NCBI GenBank assembly: GCA_024571205.1
Contig: GCA_024571205.1_4523.1
Source of the DNA: a phage
Direction: 5' to 3' (one strand)
DNA: 64,000 bases
Under the pieces are notes generated by a model, which saw only the letters and a program-made list of their open reading frames with translations, was not told the DNA's origin and made no database searches. Below, piece by piece: positions 25,271 through 35,498 of this stretch (positions are counted from its first letter, which is position 1; each line of letters starts with the position of its first letter). The position numbers and the translations under genes were made by a program.

Positions 25271-27484
25271 ATGATTATTGAAACGGCTAAAGAAACGATT
25301 ATTGGTTCAGGCGGTAAGAGCACAGCATTCACTATTCAAGGCAATAGCAAAGTTTATAAGATTTTGTCTAATGACCTTTATACAAACAAAGAATTGGCTT
25401 GTGTACGTGAATTAATTACAAACTGTATCGATGGACAAATTCTTAACGGTTGCACTGATAAGTTTATTGTTCAGGCTCCAGGTCGTTTAGACCCACGTTT
25501 TGTAGTTCGAGACTTTGGTCCTGGTATGAGTGATTTCACCATTAGAGGTAATGACGAAGAGCCAGGAATCTATAACTCATATTTTGCTTCAACTAAAACA
25601 TCGAGTAACGATTTCATCGGTGGATTCGGACTCGGCTCTAAAGCTCCGCTAGCATATACCGATACGTTTAACCTTACGTCTTATCACAATGGTGAAGTTC
25701 GTGGTTACGTAATCTACCAAGATGACACGGGTCCACAAATTAAGCCGACCTTTGTAGATAAGATGGGTCCTGATGACCGTACGGGTGTAGAAGTAGTCGT
25801 ACCGGTTAACCCGGAAGATTTTGAAAAGTTTGCATCCGAAATTGCATATGTTATGCGTCCTCTAGGTGATATTGCAGAAGTTCGTGGTGTTAAAGATATC
25901 AAATACTTCCCGGAATTTGACGATGTATATTTGGCCAAGGAAGCTCCATGGGGTGAACGTGGTAATATCATGGCTGTTTATGGTGGTATTGTATATCCGA
26001 TCGGAAGTGTTATTAAAGAACAAACATGGATGATGACGCGATGCACTACAGCTTATATTAAATTCCCTATGGGTGAACTAGATGTAGCCCCGTCTCGTGA
26101 AGCATTGTCATTTGATAAACGTACAGTAGCAAATATCCATAAACGTGTTGCAGAAATCGATGCTAAATTGTTCGCTGAAGATTCTAAGAAATGGATTGAT
26201 TGTAAATACCCACGCCATGTGTTCCGTGAAATTGATTCTCTTGGCTATACCGCTCGTAAATACATGGAAAAGGCCGGGTCCAATATTGAATCACTGAAAT
26301 ACTCTAAAGAACAACTAACTTATTCTGAGTTGTACAAACGTTTTAAAATGGGGCCTGAGTGGTGTAATCTTGGCGTCGTATACGATATCGTTGAATCCCC
26401 TCGTCTTCGTCGTATTCGTGAAAGTGGTAGCTCAACGACAACCATTTCAATTAACAGTTTGATTGGCATTAACATTAAAAACGTTGAAATTGTTATTGAC
26501 GACGTTAAGGGACGCGTTCCATTAATGCGAGCTCTTAATTCAATTGAAATGTCTAAAGACGAGGTTAAATTAACTGGTAAAGTTCCACGCGGTTTTGGTA
26601 AAAGTGTACTATTCGTTGACCCTACAGACGAAGATGCAATGAAACTTCTGGAACGCCTTAAAGTTATCTTTGATGGCGACAACATTAACATGTACAAGAC
26701 TTCAGAGCTTTTACAAATCGTTAAGCCATGGATTGAAGTCAGGAAACGGACTAATGAGCCTCGTCCTAAATCGCCAAGTGCTCATCGATTCTTTAAGAAT
26801 GAAAACGATGTTTGGGTATCAGAAGACCTCTTTATTTCGGCAAGTGAAGCAGATGAAATCCAAGGTTATGCTATAGTTCGTAATCGTTCTAATGCTGAAT
26901 GTCTTGACGCAGATAAAGGTTGGTTGAACTATGATTCTAATTTCTTGACTCGTATTGCCGATTTGTCAGGTATTAAAGAGTTCACTGTAGTTCGCCCACA
27001 GATTGCTAAGAAAGTTCGTAAACTTGGTGAAGTAGAATGTTTGTTTGAAAAATCAATTAACGACTATATTATGCTAATCGATAAAGTAGATTATGATGAG
27101 TATGTATCACCAAGTCGTAGAGCTCAACCTTATTTGAATCATATTACTCGTAATGAAGAGCTTAACTTCCTTAGTAAGTATTTTAGCTCTAAAAACAAAG
27201 AAATCAGTAAAGATTTTGCAAAACTCTCAACAGTAAATAATCGTTGGGGATGGAATCGATTCTCAGGTGCTACTAACAGAGAACTGAATAAAAAGTTAGA
27301 ACTATGTGCTAAAATTTTCGATAAGCTTAAAGATAACGCTTACGATAATGATGATAAAATGGTTATTGAATTCGAAACCAATTATCATATTGTGTCAGAA
27401 TACATGGGACGACGTGGTACTCTTTCTAAAGAACAGGTCGCTCAAATCGTTAAATTCATGAAGGCCGTGGAAGCGGCCAAATAA
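25271..27484 (+). CDS. rIIA: rIIA protein
   Basis: 737 aa; N-terminus MIIETAKETIIGSGGKS..VRELITNCIDG (GHKL-like), matches recalled T4 rIIA. Confidence 0.9.
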   Translation: MIIETAKETIIGSGGKSTAFTIQGNSKVYKILSNDLYTNKELACVRELITNCIDGQILNGCTDKFIVQAPGRLDPRFVVRDFGPGMSDFTIRGNDEEPGIYNSYFASTKTSSNDFIGGFGLGSKAPLAYTDTFNLTSYHNGEVRGYVIYQDDTGPQIKPTFVDKMGPDDRTGVEVVVPVNPEDFEKFASEIAYVMRPLGDIAEVRGVKDIKYFPEFDDVYLAKEAPWGERGNIMAVYGGIVYPIGSVIKEQTWMMTRCTTAYIKFPMGELDVAPSREALSFDKRTVANIHKRVAEIDAKLFAEDSKKWIDCKYPRHVFREIDSLGYTARKYMEKAGSNIESLKYSKEQLTYSELYKRFKMGPEWCNLGVVYDIVESPRLRRIRESGSSTTTISINSLIGINIKNVEIVIDDVKGRVPLMRALNSIEMSKDEVKLTGKVPRGFGKSVLFVDPTDEDAMKLLERLKVIFDGDNINMYKTSELLQIVKPWIEVRKRTNEPRPKSPSAHRFFKNENDVWVSEDLFISASEADEIQGYAIVRNRSNAECLDADKGWLNYDSNFLTRIADLSGIKEFTVVRPQIAKKVRKLGEVECLFEKSINDYIMLIDKVDYDEYVSPSRRAQPYLNHITRNEELNFLSKYFSSKNKEISKDFAKLSTVNNRWGWNRFSGATNRELNKKLELCAKIFDKLKDNAYDNDDKMVIEFETNYHIVSEYMGRRGTLSKEQVAQIVKFMKAVEAAK

Positions 27485-27493
27485 GGAAACATT

Positions 27494-28429
27494 ATGTACA
27501 ATATCAAATGCTTGTCCCAAGAAGAACAGTTAGAAGCTTACGGCCTGGTTGAATCAGGCAAATGGACCCGTCGGGAAATTGCTGATTACTTCAATATTTC
27601 CACTGACACTCTTCGTAAGATTGTTAAGAATTTTAAAGCTGAAGAGAAAGCCGCTGAATTTGAAGACGAAGAACAAGTCCAAGAAAATGATGAACCTATT
27701 ATTGGCGGACATCGTCCAGAAATCGTATGGAATGCATCATCTAAATTTATTTCAATCATTGAAGGACGCGTAGCATACAATGCGACCCCATCAAGTCATG
27801 CAAATTTTGAAGAAATTAAAGCTAATTTGGTCGCAGGAAACCTTAGTAAAGCTGTCGAACTTATTAACATCAAGAAAGCTATTACTAAGTTTGTTGACGG
27901 TAATGTTACTATTGAAGGTGGTAGTTTATTTTATCAAGGTATAGAAATTCGTTCAGGACTGGTTAATCGTATTATTGATTCTATGGAAAAAGGCGAAGAC
28001 TTTAAATTCTATCTGCCGTTCCTTGAAAACCTGTTAGAAAACCCAAGCGAAAAAGCTGTACAACGTTTATTCGACTTCTTGGTTGCAAATGATATTGAAA
28101 TCACCGAAGACGGGTATTTCTATGCGTGGAAAGTAGTTCGTAAAGACTATTTAGATTGTTATAGCGGTACATTTGATAACTCCCCAGGTAAAGTTGTTTC
28201 AATGCCTCGTACTCGAGTTAACGACGATGATACTCAAACCTGTTCTCGCGGTCTCCACGTTTGTGCTAAATCTTATATTCGCCACTTTGGTTCAAGCTCA
28301 GATAAAGTTGTTAAGGTTAAAGTTCATCCACGCGATGTTGTATCCATCCCGGTTGACTACGGTGATGCTAAGATGCGTACTTGTCGTTATGAAGTAATTT
28401 CAGACGTTACTGAATTATTTGCAGAATAA
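27494..28429 (+). CDS. rIIB: rIIB protein
   Basis: 311 aa; MYNIKCL..., C-terminal PRTRVNDDDTQTCSRGLHVC matches recalled T4 rIIB. Confidence 0.9.
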   Translation: MYNIKCLSQEEQLEAYGLVESGKWTRREIADYFNISTDTLRKIVKNFKAEEKAAEFEDEEQVQENDEPIIGGHRPEIVWNASSKFISIIEGRVAYNATPSSHANFEEIKANLVAGNLSKAVELINIKKAITKFVDGNVTIEGGSLFYQGIEIRSGLVNRIIDSMEKGEDFKFYLPFLENLLENPSEKAVQRLFDFLVANDIEITEDGYFYAWKVVRKDYLDCYSGTFDNSPGKVVSMPRTRVNDDDTQTCSRGLHVCAKSYIRHFGSSSDKVVKVKVHPRDVVSIPVDYGDAKMRTCRYEVISDVTELFAE

Positions 28430-28434
28430 TAATT

Positions 28435-28457
28435 GGGGACTTCGGTCCCCTTTTTTC
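28435..28457 (+). terminator. intrinsic terminator (UUCG tetraloop)
   Basis: GGGGACttcgGTCCCC followed by TTTTTT. Confidence 0.8.
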
Positions 28458-28470
28458 TTTAGGGGTAATT

Positions 28471-28758
28471 ATGATTCATCCATTTGACGTATCAGAATCC
28501 AAAATTGCTAATCTTCGTGGTCATCATAAGTGTAAATCAGTTTATTGTGCTAAATTGGTAAAACATCCTGGTGATGCACACTACGGCTGGTTAGAATGCG
28601 ACGAAGTTGTTATTGAAATCCCACAGGTAGATGCTAACTATCTTGAAGAAGGAGACCGCATTTATTTTGGCGAACTACACATCAGAGGTATCTATGGTAA
28701 AGACGAACTTGGGACTGTTGAGACTGAAGAATCTTCCGACATTTATCCTGTCGAATGA
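28471..28758 (+). CDS. hypothetical protein, 95 aa
   Basis: ORF with RBS AGGGGTAA. Confidence 0.55.
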   Translation: MIHPFDVSESKIANLRGHHKCKSVYCAKLVKHPGDAHYGWLECDEVVIEIPQVDANYLEEGDRIYFGELHIRGIYGKDELGTVETEESSDIYPVE

Positions 28759-28774
28759 GTTTTTGACTAGTGAA

Positions 28775-29251
28775 ATGAAAGTGAAGATTGCTGACACCGC
28801 TCGGTATTCCCTGAGCCAAAATCCAGACCAAAACAAAGAAGATGTAGTTCGACGGTGTAAGGTTGCAGTTTTTGCAGAGTATGTAGTAGCAAATTGGCTA
28901 GACGGATATGTTAATAAAGGTAATGAAGACGTAGAAGACCCGTACACATATGCATGGGACGTGTTAGCTCATCCTAAATACTGCGGGTTGCGTGTCGAAG
29001 TCAAGACGCACCAGATAGATTCTAAATGGATTTCTGTTACCACAGGATACAGTGGTGATTATCCGGGTGGCAACGGAATCAACATAGGGCCCTTCCTTAA
29101 TCATCGAGTCGCTGACTGTATTATTATATTGAATGTCAAAGAAACCTCACCTGACGTCTTCTCTTATTCTATAAAGTTCGTGGGAGACCATGAAGACCTA
29201 AAGAAAATCGTCCGCAAGAGCAACTACAACGGGTGGTATCTTCATCTTTAA
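28775..29251 (+). CDS. hypothetical protein, about 158 aa (denB region)
   Basis: Start trimmed to ATG 28775, because the track N-extension overlaps the upstream ORF. Confidence 0.5.
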   Translation: MKVKIADTARYSLSQNPDQNKEDVVRRCKVAVFAEYVVANWLDGYVNKGNEDVEDPYTYAWDVLAHPKYCGLRVEVKTHQIDSKWISVTTGYSGDYPGGNGINIGPFLNHRVADCIIILNVKETSPDVFSYSIKFVGDHEDLKKIVRKSNYNGWYLHL

Positions 29252-29263
29252 TTTCATAAAAGT

Positions 29264-29293
29264 GTTTACAACTAAGTAGGACTATGATACAGT
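29264..29293 (+). promoter_or_regulatory. T4-early-type promoter with inverted repeat
   Basis: GTTTAC 29264; taggacta / tagtccta arms flank the -10 region. Confidence 0.5.
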
Positions 29294-29319
29294 AGTCCTA
29301 TCTAAAAGAGGATAACATC

Positions 29320-29583
29320 ATGAAATTTAAATTTTTCTACGCAAAACATAAAGTAACAGGCGAATTTGTTTCAATGTACAACACGGCAGATGACGAAGGG
29401 ATGATTTATACCCATTTAGGTCTATCTCATTGGGACTCAGACGTGCCTTATATGTCATCTGAAGCCGAAATAACTCGTTTAGTTAATGGACATATGAACG
29501 ACCATTTTGGTGTTATTCTTTCTAAAGACCTTAAAGAGGTTATCAACAAAGGATATATGGAACTCACGGAAGTTGAGATATGA
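29320..29583 (+). CDS. hypothetical protein, 87 aa
   Basis: ORF after a promoter; RBS AGAGGATAA. Confidence 0.55.
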   Translation: MKFKFFYAKHKVTGEFVSMYNTADDEGMIYTHLGLSHWDSDVPYMSSEAEITRLVNGHMNDHFGVILSKDLKEVINKGYMELTEVEI

Positions 29584-29775
29584 GCTCTAAAATGTGGATA
29601 GGAATATGGTTGCTTAGTATCCCAATGATTTGTATAATATTTTCAATTGTGTTGAGGTACTTATGAAAAATGCACTTCTTATTGTACTAAGAACATTTTG
29701 TGATACGGTTTTTTACATTGCATGTTCGTTCACTGGAACATGGTTGGCTTTAACATATTTTAATGTAATTTAATT

Positions 29776-29805
29776 GTTTACAACACAGTAGGATTATGGT
29801 ATAGT
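29776..29805 (+). promoter_or_regulatory. T4-early-type promoter with inverted repeat
   Basis: GTTTAC 29776, 18-nt spacer, tatagt 29800-29805. Confidence 0.5.
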
Positions 29806-29834
29806 AGTCCTACTTAAACATGAGGAATACAAAA

Positions 29835-30035
29835 ATGGCTAAGCTTTTTAAAGATGTTGAAATTGGTGAAAAATTTGTCCTGAATAATGGACAGCAGCTT
29901 ATTCGTGTAGCTTCTATAGCTGGACAAACTCATAACTGCATCGCCCCAACGTGTTGGACCCGATTCTTTATCGAGGATGACACTGAATGTTTAACTGTTG
30001 AAGAGCTTTTTGAACGTTCTGATATGGCCGAATAA
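29835..30035 (+). CDS. hypothetical protein, 66 aa
   Basis: Start trimmed to ATG 29835 after RBS GAGGAATA. Confidence 0.55.
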   Translation: MAKLFKDVEIGEKFVLNNGQQLIRVASIAGQTHNCIAPTCWTRFFIEDDTECLTVEELFERSDMAE

Positions 30036-30037
30036 AA

Positions 30038-30067
30038 TTGTACAAACTCTTGAGAGCAGAGTATAAT
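30038..30067 (+). promoter_or_regulatory. T4-early-type promoter (variant -35) with inverted repeat
   Basis: ttgtac, 18-nt spacer, tataat 30062-30067; arms gagagca / tgctctc. Confidence 0.5.
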
Positions 30068-30111
30068 GCTCTCATGGATTACAAAAACATTAATCAATTG
30101 AGGAAATTAGC

Positions 30112-30558
30112 ATGTCCAAATATTTAACTCGTAAAGACCTTCTGGCAGTTGGCGGTGAAGTTGTTGCAGTAGTTCGTAATGGCGAATACGGTTCTGAAGT
30201 TTCTAAAGAGTTTCGTTCTCGTGAAGGTTTTTACTTCTTTGTTAAAGGTTCATCTGACTGGCGACAAGTAGCAGCACGATTCTTTGTAGGACGTCAACGT
30301 TCTAAACAAGGGTTGGATGCAATTCTTTCTCACATTCGTCAAGGCCGTTCGCAACTAGCCCGTACCATGGGCACTAATAATATTGAATATGACGTAATCT
30401 TTGTTTCAGCCAAGAACATGAAACCCCTGACTACTGGTTATGGTAAAGGTCAATTGGCTCTGGCATTCACTCGCAACCATACATCAGAATATCAAACACT
30501 CACTGAAATGAACCGTCTTCTGGCAGATAATTTCAAATTTATTCTGCAGAGTTACTAA
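30112..30558 (+). CDS. ndd: Ndd nucleoid disruption protein
   Basis: 148 aa; [31 protein letters not shown] and C-terminal [12 protein letters not shown] match recalled T4 Ndd. Confidence 0.75.
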   Translation: MSKYLTRKDLLAVGGEVVAVVRNGEYGSEVSKEFRSREGFYFFVKGSSDWRQVAARFFVGRQRSKQGLDAILSHIRQGRSQLARTMGTNNIEYDVIFVSAKNMKPLTTGYGKGQLALAFTRNHTSEYQTLTEMNRLLADNFKFILQSY

Positions 30559-30565
30559 TTTATAC

Positions 30566-30597
30566 AGGCCTATTAAGTTAGGCCTTTAATTTATTTG
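30566..30597 (+). terminator. possible terminator hairpin
   Basis: AGGCCT-attaagtt-AGGCCT followed by ttaatttattt. Confidence 0.4.
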
Positions 30598-30610
30598 TGA
30601 GGTAATTAAA

Positions 30611-30757
30611 ATGGTATCATGGATTATTGCATTGTTGTGTTGGTCGTTTTTATTCGTTAACACTTTAGTTACAGGCGAAACAACGGTATTTCAACAGGCC
30701 GTATCACAAGGTACCTTAGCGGTCTTAGCTCTTTTTAACGTGTTAAAAGGCGAGTAA
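30611..30757 (+). CDS. small hydrophobic peptide, 48 aa
   Basis: RBS GAGGTAA; hydrophobic WIIALLCWSFLFV; below the ORF-track cutoff. Confidence 0.4.
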   Translation: MVSWIIALLCWSFLFVNTLVTGETTVFQQAVSQGTLAVLALFNVLKGE

Positions 30758-30897
30758 TGATTAAGAAAATCTTAGCAGGAGCCTTCGGGCTCTTGTTGTT
30801 GCTTACGGTTCTGTACTACGGTGTGATGTTTGGACTAATCCAAGTAGTGCTTTTCATTTCAGATGTTATAATGGATATTCGTTCATTAATATGGTGA
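30757..30897 (+). CDS. small hydrophobic peptide, 46 aa
   Basis: TAATG overlap; LAGAFGLLLLLTVLYYGVMFGL. Confidence 0.4.
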   Translation: MIKKILAGAFGLLLLLTVLYYGVMFGLIQVVLFISDVIMDIRSLIW

Positions 30898-30901
30898 AAA
30901 T

Positions 30902-32227
30902 ATGCAATTGAATTCTCGTAATCTAAAAAGTATTATTGATAACGAAGCCTTAGCATATGCGATGTACACCGTTGAAAACCGTGCAATCCCAAACATGATT
31001 GATGGATTTAAGCCGGTTCAACGTTTTGTGGTCCATCGTGCGTTAGATTTGGCTCGTGGTAATAAAGAAAAATTTCATAAACTTGCGTCAATTGCAGGCG
31101 GTGTTGCAGATTTAGGTTATCACCATGGTGAATCTTCTGCACAAGATGCAGGTGCATTGATGGCTAACACATGGAACAACAACTATCCACTGTTAGATGG
31201 CCAAGGCAACTTTGGTTCTAGAACAGTCCAAAAAGCTGCAGCATCTCGTTATATTTTTGCTCGTGTAAGTAAAAATTTCTATAACGTATATAAAGATACT
31301 GAATATGCTCCAGCTCATGAAGATAAAGAACACGTTCCACCAAAATTCTATCTTCCTATTATTCCGACAGTTCTTTTGAATGGTGTATCTGGTATTGCAA
31401 CCGGTTACGCAACAAATATTCTGCCTCATAGTTTTAAATCGGTAAAAAAGGCTGTATTACAAGCTCTTCAAGGTAAAAATGTCACTAAGCCAAAAGTTGA
31501 ATTCCCGGAATTCCATGGTGAAGTACATGAAGTTGATGGGCGTTATGAGATTCACGGAACATATAAGTTCACATCTCGTACTCAAATGCAGATAACTGAA
31601 ATCCCATATAAATTCGACCGTGAAACGTATGTGAGTAAGGTTCTTGACCCGTTGGAAGACAAAGGTCTAATCTCATGGGAAGATGATTGTGGTGAACACG
31701 GCTTTGGGTTTAAGGTGAAGTTCCGTAAAGAGTACTCGCTTCCAGATGACGAAGAGCTACGTCATGAAAAAATCATGAAAGATTTTAGTCTCATCGAACG
31801 TCGTTCACAAAACATCACAGTGATTAATGAAAAGGGTAAATTAGCGGTCTACGATAATGTAGTAGACTTAATCAAAGATTTTGTTGAAGTCCGTAAGACT
31901 TACGTTCAGAAACGTATTGACAACAAAATCATTGAATCTGAAAAAGCATTTAAACTGGCTTTTGCTAAGGCACGCTTCATCAAAAAAGTTATCAGTGGCG
32001 AAATCGTGATTCAGGGCAAGACTCGTAAAGCTTTGACTGAAGAGCTAGCACAAATCGAAATGTACAAAGAACATGTCGATAAACTGGTGGGTCTTAACAT
32101 CTTCCATATCACTTCCGACGAAGCACGTAAACTAGCAGAAGAAGCTAAAGCTAAGAAAGAAGAAAATGAGTATTGGAAGTCTACTGATGTTGTGACAGAG
32201 TACACTAAAGACTTGGAGGCACTTTGA
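30902..32227 (+). CDS. 52: DNA topoisomerase II medium subunit gp52 (GyrA-like)
   Basis: 441 aa; N-terminal MQLNSRNLKSIIDNEALAYAMYT..; catalytic Tyr region. Confidence 0.9.
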   Translation: MQLNSRNLKSIIDNEALAYAMYTVENRAIPNMIDGFKPVQRFVVHRALDLARGNKEKFHKLASIAGGVADLGYHHGESSAQDAGALMANTWNNNYPLLDGQGNFGSRTVQKAAASRYIFARVSKNFYNVYKDTEYAPAHEDKEHVPPKFYLPIIPTVLLNGVSGIATGYATNILPHSFKSVKKAVLQALQGKNVTKPKVEFPEFHGEVHEVDGRYEIHGTYKFTSRTQMQITEIPYKFDRETYVSKVLDPLEDKGLISWEDDCGEHGFGFKVKFRKEYSLPDDEELRHEKIMKDFSLIERRSQNITVINEKGKLAVYDNVVDLIKDFVEVRKTYVQKRIDNKIIESEKAFKLAFAKARFIKKVISGEIVIQGKTRKALTEELAQIEMYKEHVDKLVGLNIFHITSDEARKLAEEAKAKKEENEYWKSTDVVTEYTKDLEAL

Positions 32228-32303
32228 GTGCCCTAGCCTTAGGATTTCTCGGTGCAATAGCTGCACTAGTGATTTGGCTGTATTGGTTGGACAAACATGA
32301 TTA

Positions 32304-32324
32304 GGGAGCTTCGGCTCCCTTTTG
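32304..32324 (+). terminator. intrinsic terminator (UUCG tetraloop)
   Basis: GGGAGCttcgGCTCCC followed by TTTTgtg. Confidence 0.6.
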
Positions 32325-32345
32325 TGCATTTTTTCTCACAAAACA

Positions 32346-32374
32346 GTTTACATGTGCTTCAAACATGATATTAT
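32346..32374 (+). promoter_or_regulatory. T4-early-type promoter
   Basis: GTTTAC 32346, 17-nt spacer, tattat 32369-32374; conserved leader atagacctatcaa. Confidence 0.6.
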
Positions 32375-32413
32375 AGACCTATCAAAACAAAACAGCCAAA
32401 TTGGAGAAATAAA

Positions 32414-32629
32414 ATGTCTAAAATGAAATTAACCCAAAACACAACTACTCGTTTCGGTAAAGTTAAACCTGGTATGAATGCTCTCCGTAAAGCACTTGTT
32501 GAAGAATTAAATTTCTTAGAAGTTGAAATCAATTCTTTAGTGGTTCGCGGTTCAAATGGACATCATTTAGAAAAGCTTCGTTCTAAAAAGGCAAAACTTA
32601 TTAGCCTTATTAAAGAAATGAGTTTGTAA
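32414..32629 (+). CDS. hypothetical protein, 71 aa
   Basis: RBS TGGAGAAATAA; follows a promoter. Confidence 0.55.
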   Translation: MSKMKLTQNTTTRFGKVKPGMNALRKALVEELNFLEVEINSLVVRGSNGHHLEKLRSKKAKLISLIKEMSL

Positions 32630-32666
32630 ATTTTACCAGGGCTTTTGAAAAAGAGCCCAAAATAAA

Positions 32667-32695
32667 GTTTACTTTTGCTTCAAACATGATATTAT
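32667..32695 (+). promoter_or_regulatory. T4-early-type promoter
   Basis: GTTTAC 32667, 17-nt spacer, tattat 32690-32695; leader nearly identical to 32346 promoter. Confidence 0.6.
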
Positions 32696-32731
32696 AGACC
32701 TATCAAACAAATACTAATTTGGAGAAATAAA

Positions 32732-33364
32732 ATGTCTAAAGTTACTTACATCATCAAAGCTTCTGAAAACGCTCTGAATGAAAAAACTGCTGCAATAATG
32801 GTTTATATCATTAAGAACAACTTCACCACTGCTGCCAATGTCCGTGAAGCTCTGAAAGCGGAATACAATGCATCGGTTGTTAACTCTAACATTGGTGTAT
32901 TGATTAAGAAAGGTTTAGTCGAAAAATCCGGTGATGGACTTGTGGCAACCGGCGAAGCAATGGATATTATCCAAAAAGCTGCAGACCTCTTTGCCCAAGA
33001 AAATGCTCCAGAACTTCTTCAGAAACGTAACACCAGAAAAGCACGTGGAGTTACTCCTGAAATGCATGAATTAGCAAACTTTGTTTTTGAAAATATTAAA
33101 GATAAAGTTGAAGTTAAAGAAATCGGTGAAAACCGTAGTAACTTAGAAGTTCGATTCGCTAAACGAGTTCTAGGCATTCGCCAAATTGAAATTCGACGAG
33201 ATGGCGCTCTTAGAATCTTTGCATACAACATGTCAGAAACTGAATCAAAGCTGTTTACTTCTCTTGAAAATGATGTTAAGATTAAGATCGGTGGTAAATA
33301 TACTTACATTGACTTCCCTAATGTGTCTAAAGAAATCATTACCCTTGTAACTAACGTACTGTGA
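32732..33364 (+). CDS. motA: MotA middle-transcription activator
   Basis: 210 aa; MSKVTYIIKAS..SNIGVLIKKGLVEKSGDGL matches recalled T4 MotA. Confidence 0.85.
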   Translation: MSKVTYIIKASENALNEKTAAIMVYIIKNNFTTAANVREALKAEYNASVVNSNIGVLIKKGLVEKSGDGLVATGEAMDIIQKAADLFAQENAPELLQKRNTRKARGVTPEMHELANFVFENIKDKVEVKEIGENRSNLEVRFAKRVLGIRQIEIRRDGALRIFAYNMSETESKLFTSLENDVKIKIGGKYTYIDFPNVSKEIITLVTNVL

Positions 33365-33374
33365 GGAATACATA

Positions 33375-33704
33375 ATGAATAAGCTGAATATTATTAACGA
33401 ACTTCGTAAATGTGCAGAACCTACTCAGGAAGGATGGGATATTTGGTACCACGGGGCTTATTTAGGGACAATTGTAAAGATTAAAGCAGGCCAATATACG
33501 GTTATTCGTGAAAATAATGACGCGCCATTTGGCCTTCGTAAAAACTACATGGCAGCGATCAGTTCATTTGTTGATGCAGCTTACGAAATCTATAAAGAAG
33601 ATTATAAAGAATATCAGCAGTCACAACCGGTTATTCGTTCGATTGGTGTAAATAAACAAGCACAAAAATCTATTTGGCAACGTATTAAGGAATGGTTTAA
33701 ATGA
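33375..33704 (+). CDS. hypothetical protein, 109 aa
   Basis: ORF between motA and asiA. Confidence 0.55.
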   Translation: MNKLNIINELRKCAEPTQEGWDIWYHGAYLGTIVKIKAGQYTVIRENNDAPFGLRKNYMAAISSFVDAAYEIYKEDYKEYQQSQPVIRSIGVNKQAQKSIWQRIKEWFK

Positions 33705-34162
33705 AAACTTTTAAAGAACGTTTAGCTCTGTTAGATAAAGCTTTGTCGCGTGAGACTCCGGAAAGTCTGGCTGCTAAATTAGCTTCTTACGGTGGTGAAT
33801 ATACAGAACAAAATGTTTTAGACGAAGTTCCTGAAATCTGTTGGCAGACTCTGTATTGGGATGAAAACCAAAAGTATCAACGACGAATTGTCTGCGCAGC
33901 CAACCGTTTTAAATTAAAAGATGGACGAACTCTTATTATTCCAGGTGCTCGTCATTATTCTAAAGATATGGCAGAAGTTTTAGATGTAGTTAAACCTCAA
34001 TTAGTTACTCAACAAGTTTGTGATGATGACCAAGGGTTTATTGACCAATATAGTAATTATTGGACACGTGAAGAAGCAATGATTATTGCAACTTACGCTG
34101 GACAAGTACGTATTGAACGTGGTGGTAATGAAAAAGAACTTTACTCTGAGGACCTTTACTAA
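33701..34162 (+). CDS. hypothetical protein, 153 aa
   Basis: ATGA overlap with upstream gene. Confidence 0.6.
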   Translation: MKTFKERLALLDKALSRETPESLAAKLASYGGEYTEQNVLDEVPEICWQTLYWDENQKYQRRIVCAANRFKLKDGRTLIIPGARHYSKDMAEVLDVVKPQLVTQQVCDDDQGFIDQYSNYWTREEAMIIATYAGQVRIERGGNEKELYSEDLY

Positions 34163-34443
34163 TGAATCTTAAACAACTCCAGATTGATGCTATTGAAGCC
34201 CACATTAATCATATCAAACGCCTGAATGTTATGATGGAAGAAAATTATGGTATGTATGCTAATCAGCCTGGTTGGGATGCTTTAGATCATCCTTATTTGG
34301 TTAATTTATGTAAAGGTGATACGTTAGCAATTATTCGTGATGGGTTAAAACCTTTCTTGCGCGACATGTATATTAAAATGAACGAAGAAATTATTAGCTC
34401 GTTGCAATATCAATTAAGGAAATTAGATGATGAGAATAATTGA
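34162..34443 (+). CDS. hypothetical protein, 93 aa
   Basis: TAATG overlap; in the arn region of T4. Confidence 0.55.
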   Translation: MNLKQLQIDAIEAHINHIKRLNVMMEENYGMYANQPGWDALDHPYLVNLCKGDTLAIIRDGLKPFLRDMYIKMNEEIISSLQYQLRKLDDENN

Positions 34444-34654
34444 TTCTAAAGCAGATTATTTTAATTCTGTTAATGATAAGAATAAAGCTTTAATTCGCCA
34501 CTTTATTACTGAGATGGGTTATACTGACTCTAAAGATTTGAAAGAGCACATTATCGAATGTTCTGTGGCTAAAAAGTTTTCTTTCACAGACAAATGTTTA
34601 AATGAGGTTATAAATCATTATGAACAATCTTGTAGCAAAACACGATTTCAATAA
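34427..34654 (+). CDS. hypothetical protein, 75 aa
   Basis: Overlapping start; weak support. Confidence 0.45.
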   Translation: MMRIIDSKADYFNSVNDKNKALIRHFITEMGYTDSKDLKEHIIECSVAKKFSFTDKCLNEVINHYEQSCSKTRFQ

Positions 34655-34728
34655 GGCTTCTGTCCATAAGGACAAGAAGAAATCAGAACTTCAATCTAAA
34701 CGCAAACAAAAACATAAGGGTAAAGACT

Positions 34729-35028
34729 ATGCTTACTAAAATCAAAGAAAATCCTGCCACTGAACTTGTTATTCGATGTGAAGAACTTGCAGAGCTTTAT
34801 CAGGTTAACCGAGAAGTGTGTCGTAGTGTTATCGTAGATATGGAAGATGAAGTCTGTTCTCGTATTCCTTTTAGTGTCGATTTCAACCATATGAAGCCTG
34901 GTGAAATCACTATCGTCTTTGGTTCTGACTATACTGAAGAACGGGCTCTTAATGTCCTAGAATATGAAATGTCGTTCTTTGACATACAGGACTACATTGA
35001 TAGTTATAAGGAACAATATGAGTCATAA
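34729..35028 (+). CDS. hypothetical protein, 99 aa
   Basis: RBS AAGGGTAAAG. Confidence 0.55.
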   Translation: MLTKIKENPATELVIRCEELAELYQVNREVCRSVIVDMEDEVCSRIPFSVDFNHMKPGEITIVFGSDYTEERALNVLEYEMSFFDIQDYIDSYKEQYES

Positions 35029-35179
35029 TCTTCAGAACGTAGTAGAGGCCGAACGTGAGCGTGAGGCTTTAATCTATGATGAACTATTGGCCTCGTTCTT
35101 AGCCTTACACTCGTACGAACAGGAAGACTACATTGATTACGTTAAAAGCGTAGAAAAAGCCGTTTACAATCAACACTGA
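35018..35179 (+). CDS. hypothetical protein, 53 aa
   Basis: Start trimmed to ATG 35018 after RBS AAGGAACA; overlaps the upstream stop by 11 nt. Confidence 0.45.
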   Translation: MSHNLQNVVEAEREREALIYDELLASFLALHSYEQEDYIDYVKSVEKAVYNQH

Positions 35180-35225
35180 TAATGGTACTATACTCCTAAC
35201 AATTAAGTGGAATGAATAAAACGTT

Positions 35226-35498
35226 ATGAATAAAGACATTGAAATCGTACGTGAAATTATTACTATTGCTTCTATTTTGATTAAATTCTCTAGGGAAGAT
35301 ATTGTTGAAGACCGAGCAAATTTCATCGGATTCTTGAATGAGATTGGAATTAAAAAAGATGGTCGGCAGCTAAATCAGAATTCGTTCAGAAAACTAATTA
35401 CAAATTTAACTGCCGAAGAAAAGAAAACACTGATTAGTGAATTCAATGAAGGTTTTGAAAATATTTATCGCCATTTGACGATGTATTCTAACAACTAA
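35226..35498 (+). CDS. asiA: AsiA anti-sigma-70 factor
   Basis: 90 aa; MNKDIEIVREIITIASILIKFSREDIV matches recalled T4 AsiA. Confidence 0.88.
   Translation: MNKDIEIVREIITIASILIKFSREDIVEDRANFIGFLNEIGIKKDGRQLNQNSFRKLITNLTAEEKKTLISEFNEGFENIYRHLTMYSNN

Noticed and set aside
32222-32303. A 26-aa hydrophobic peptide reading frame starting at TTG right after gene 52
   Set aside because: Non-ATG start, no RBS, very short; insufficient evidence.
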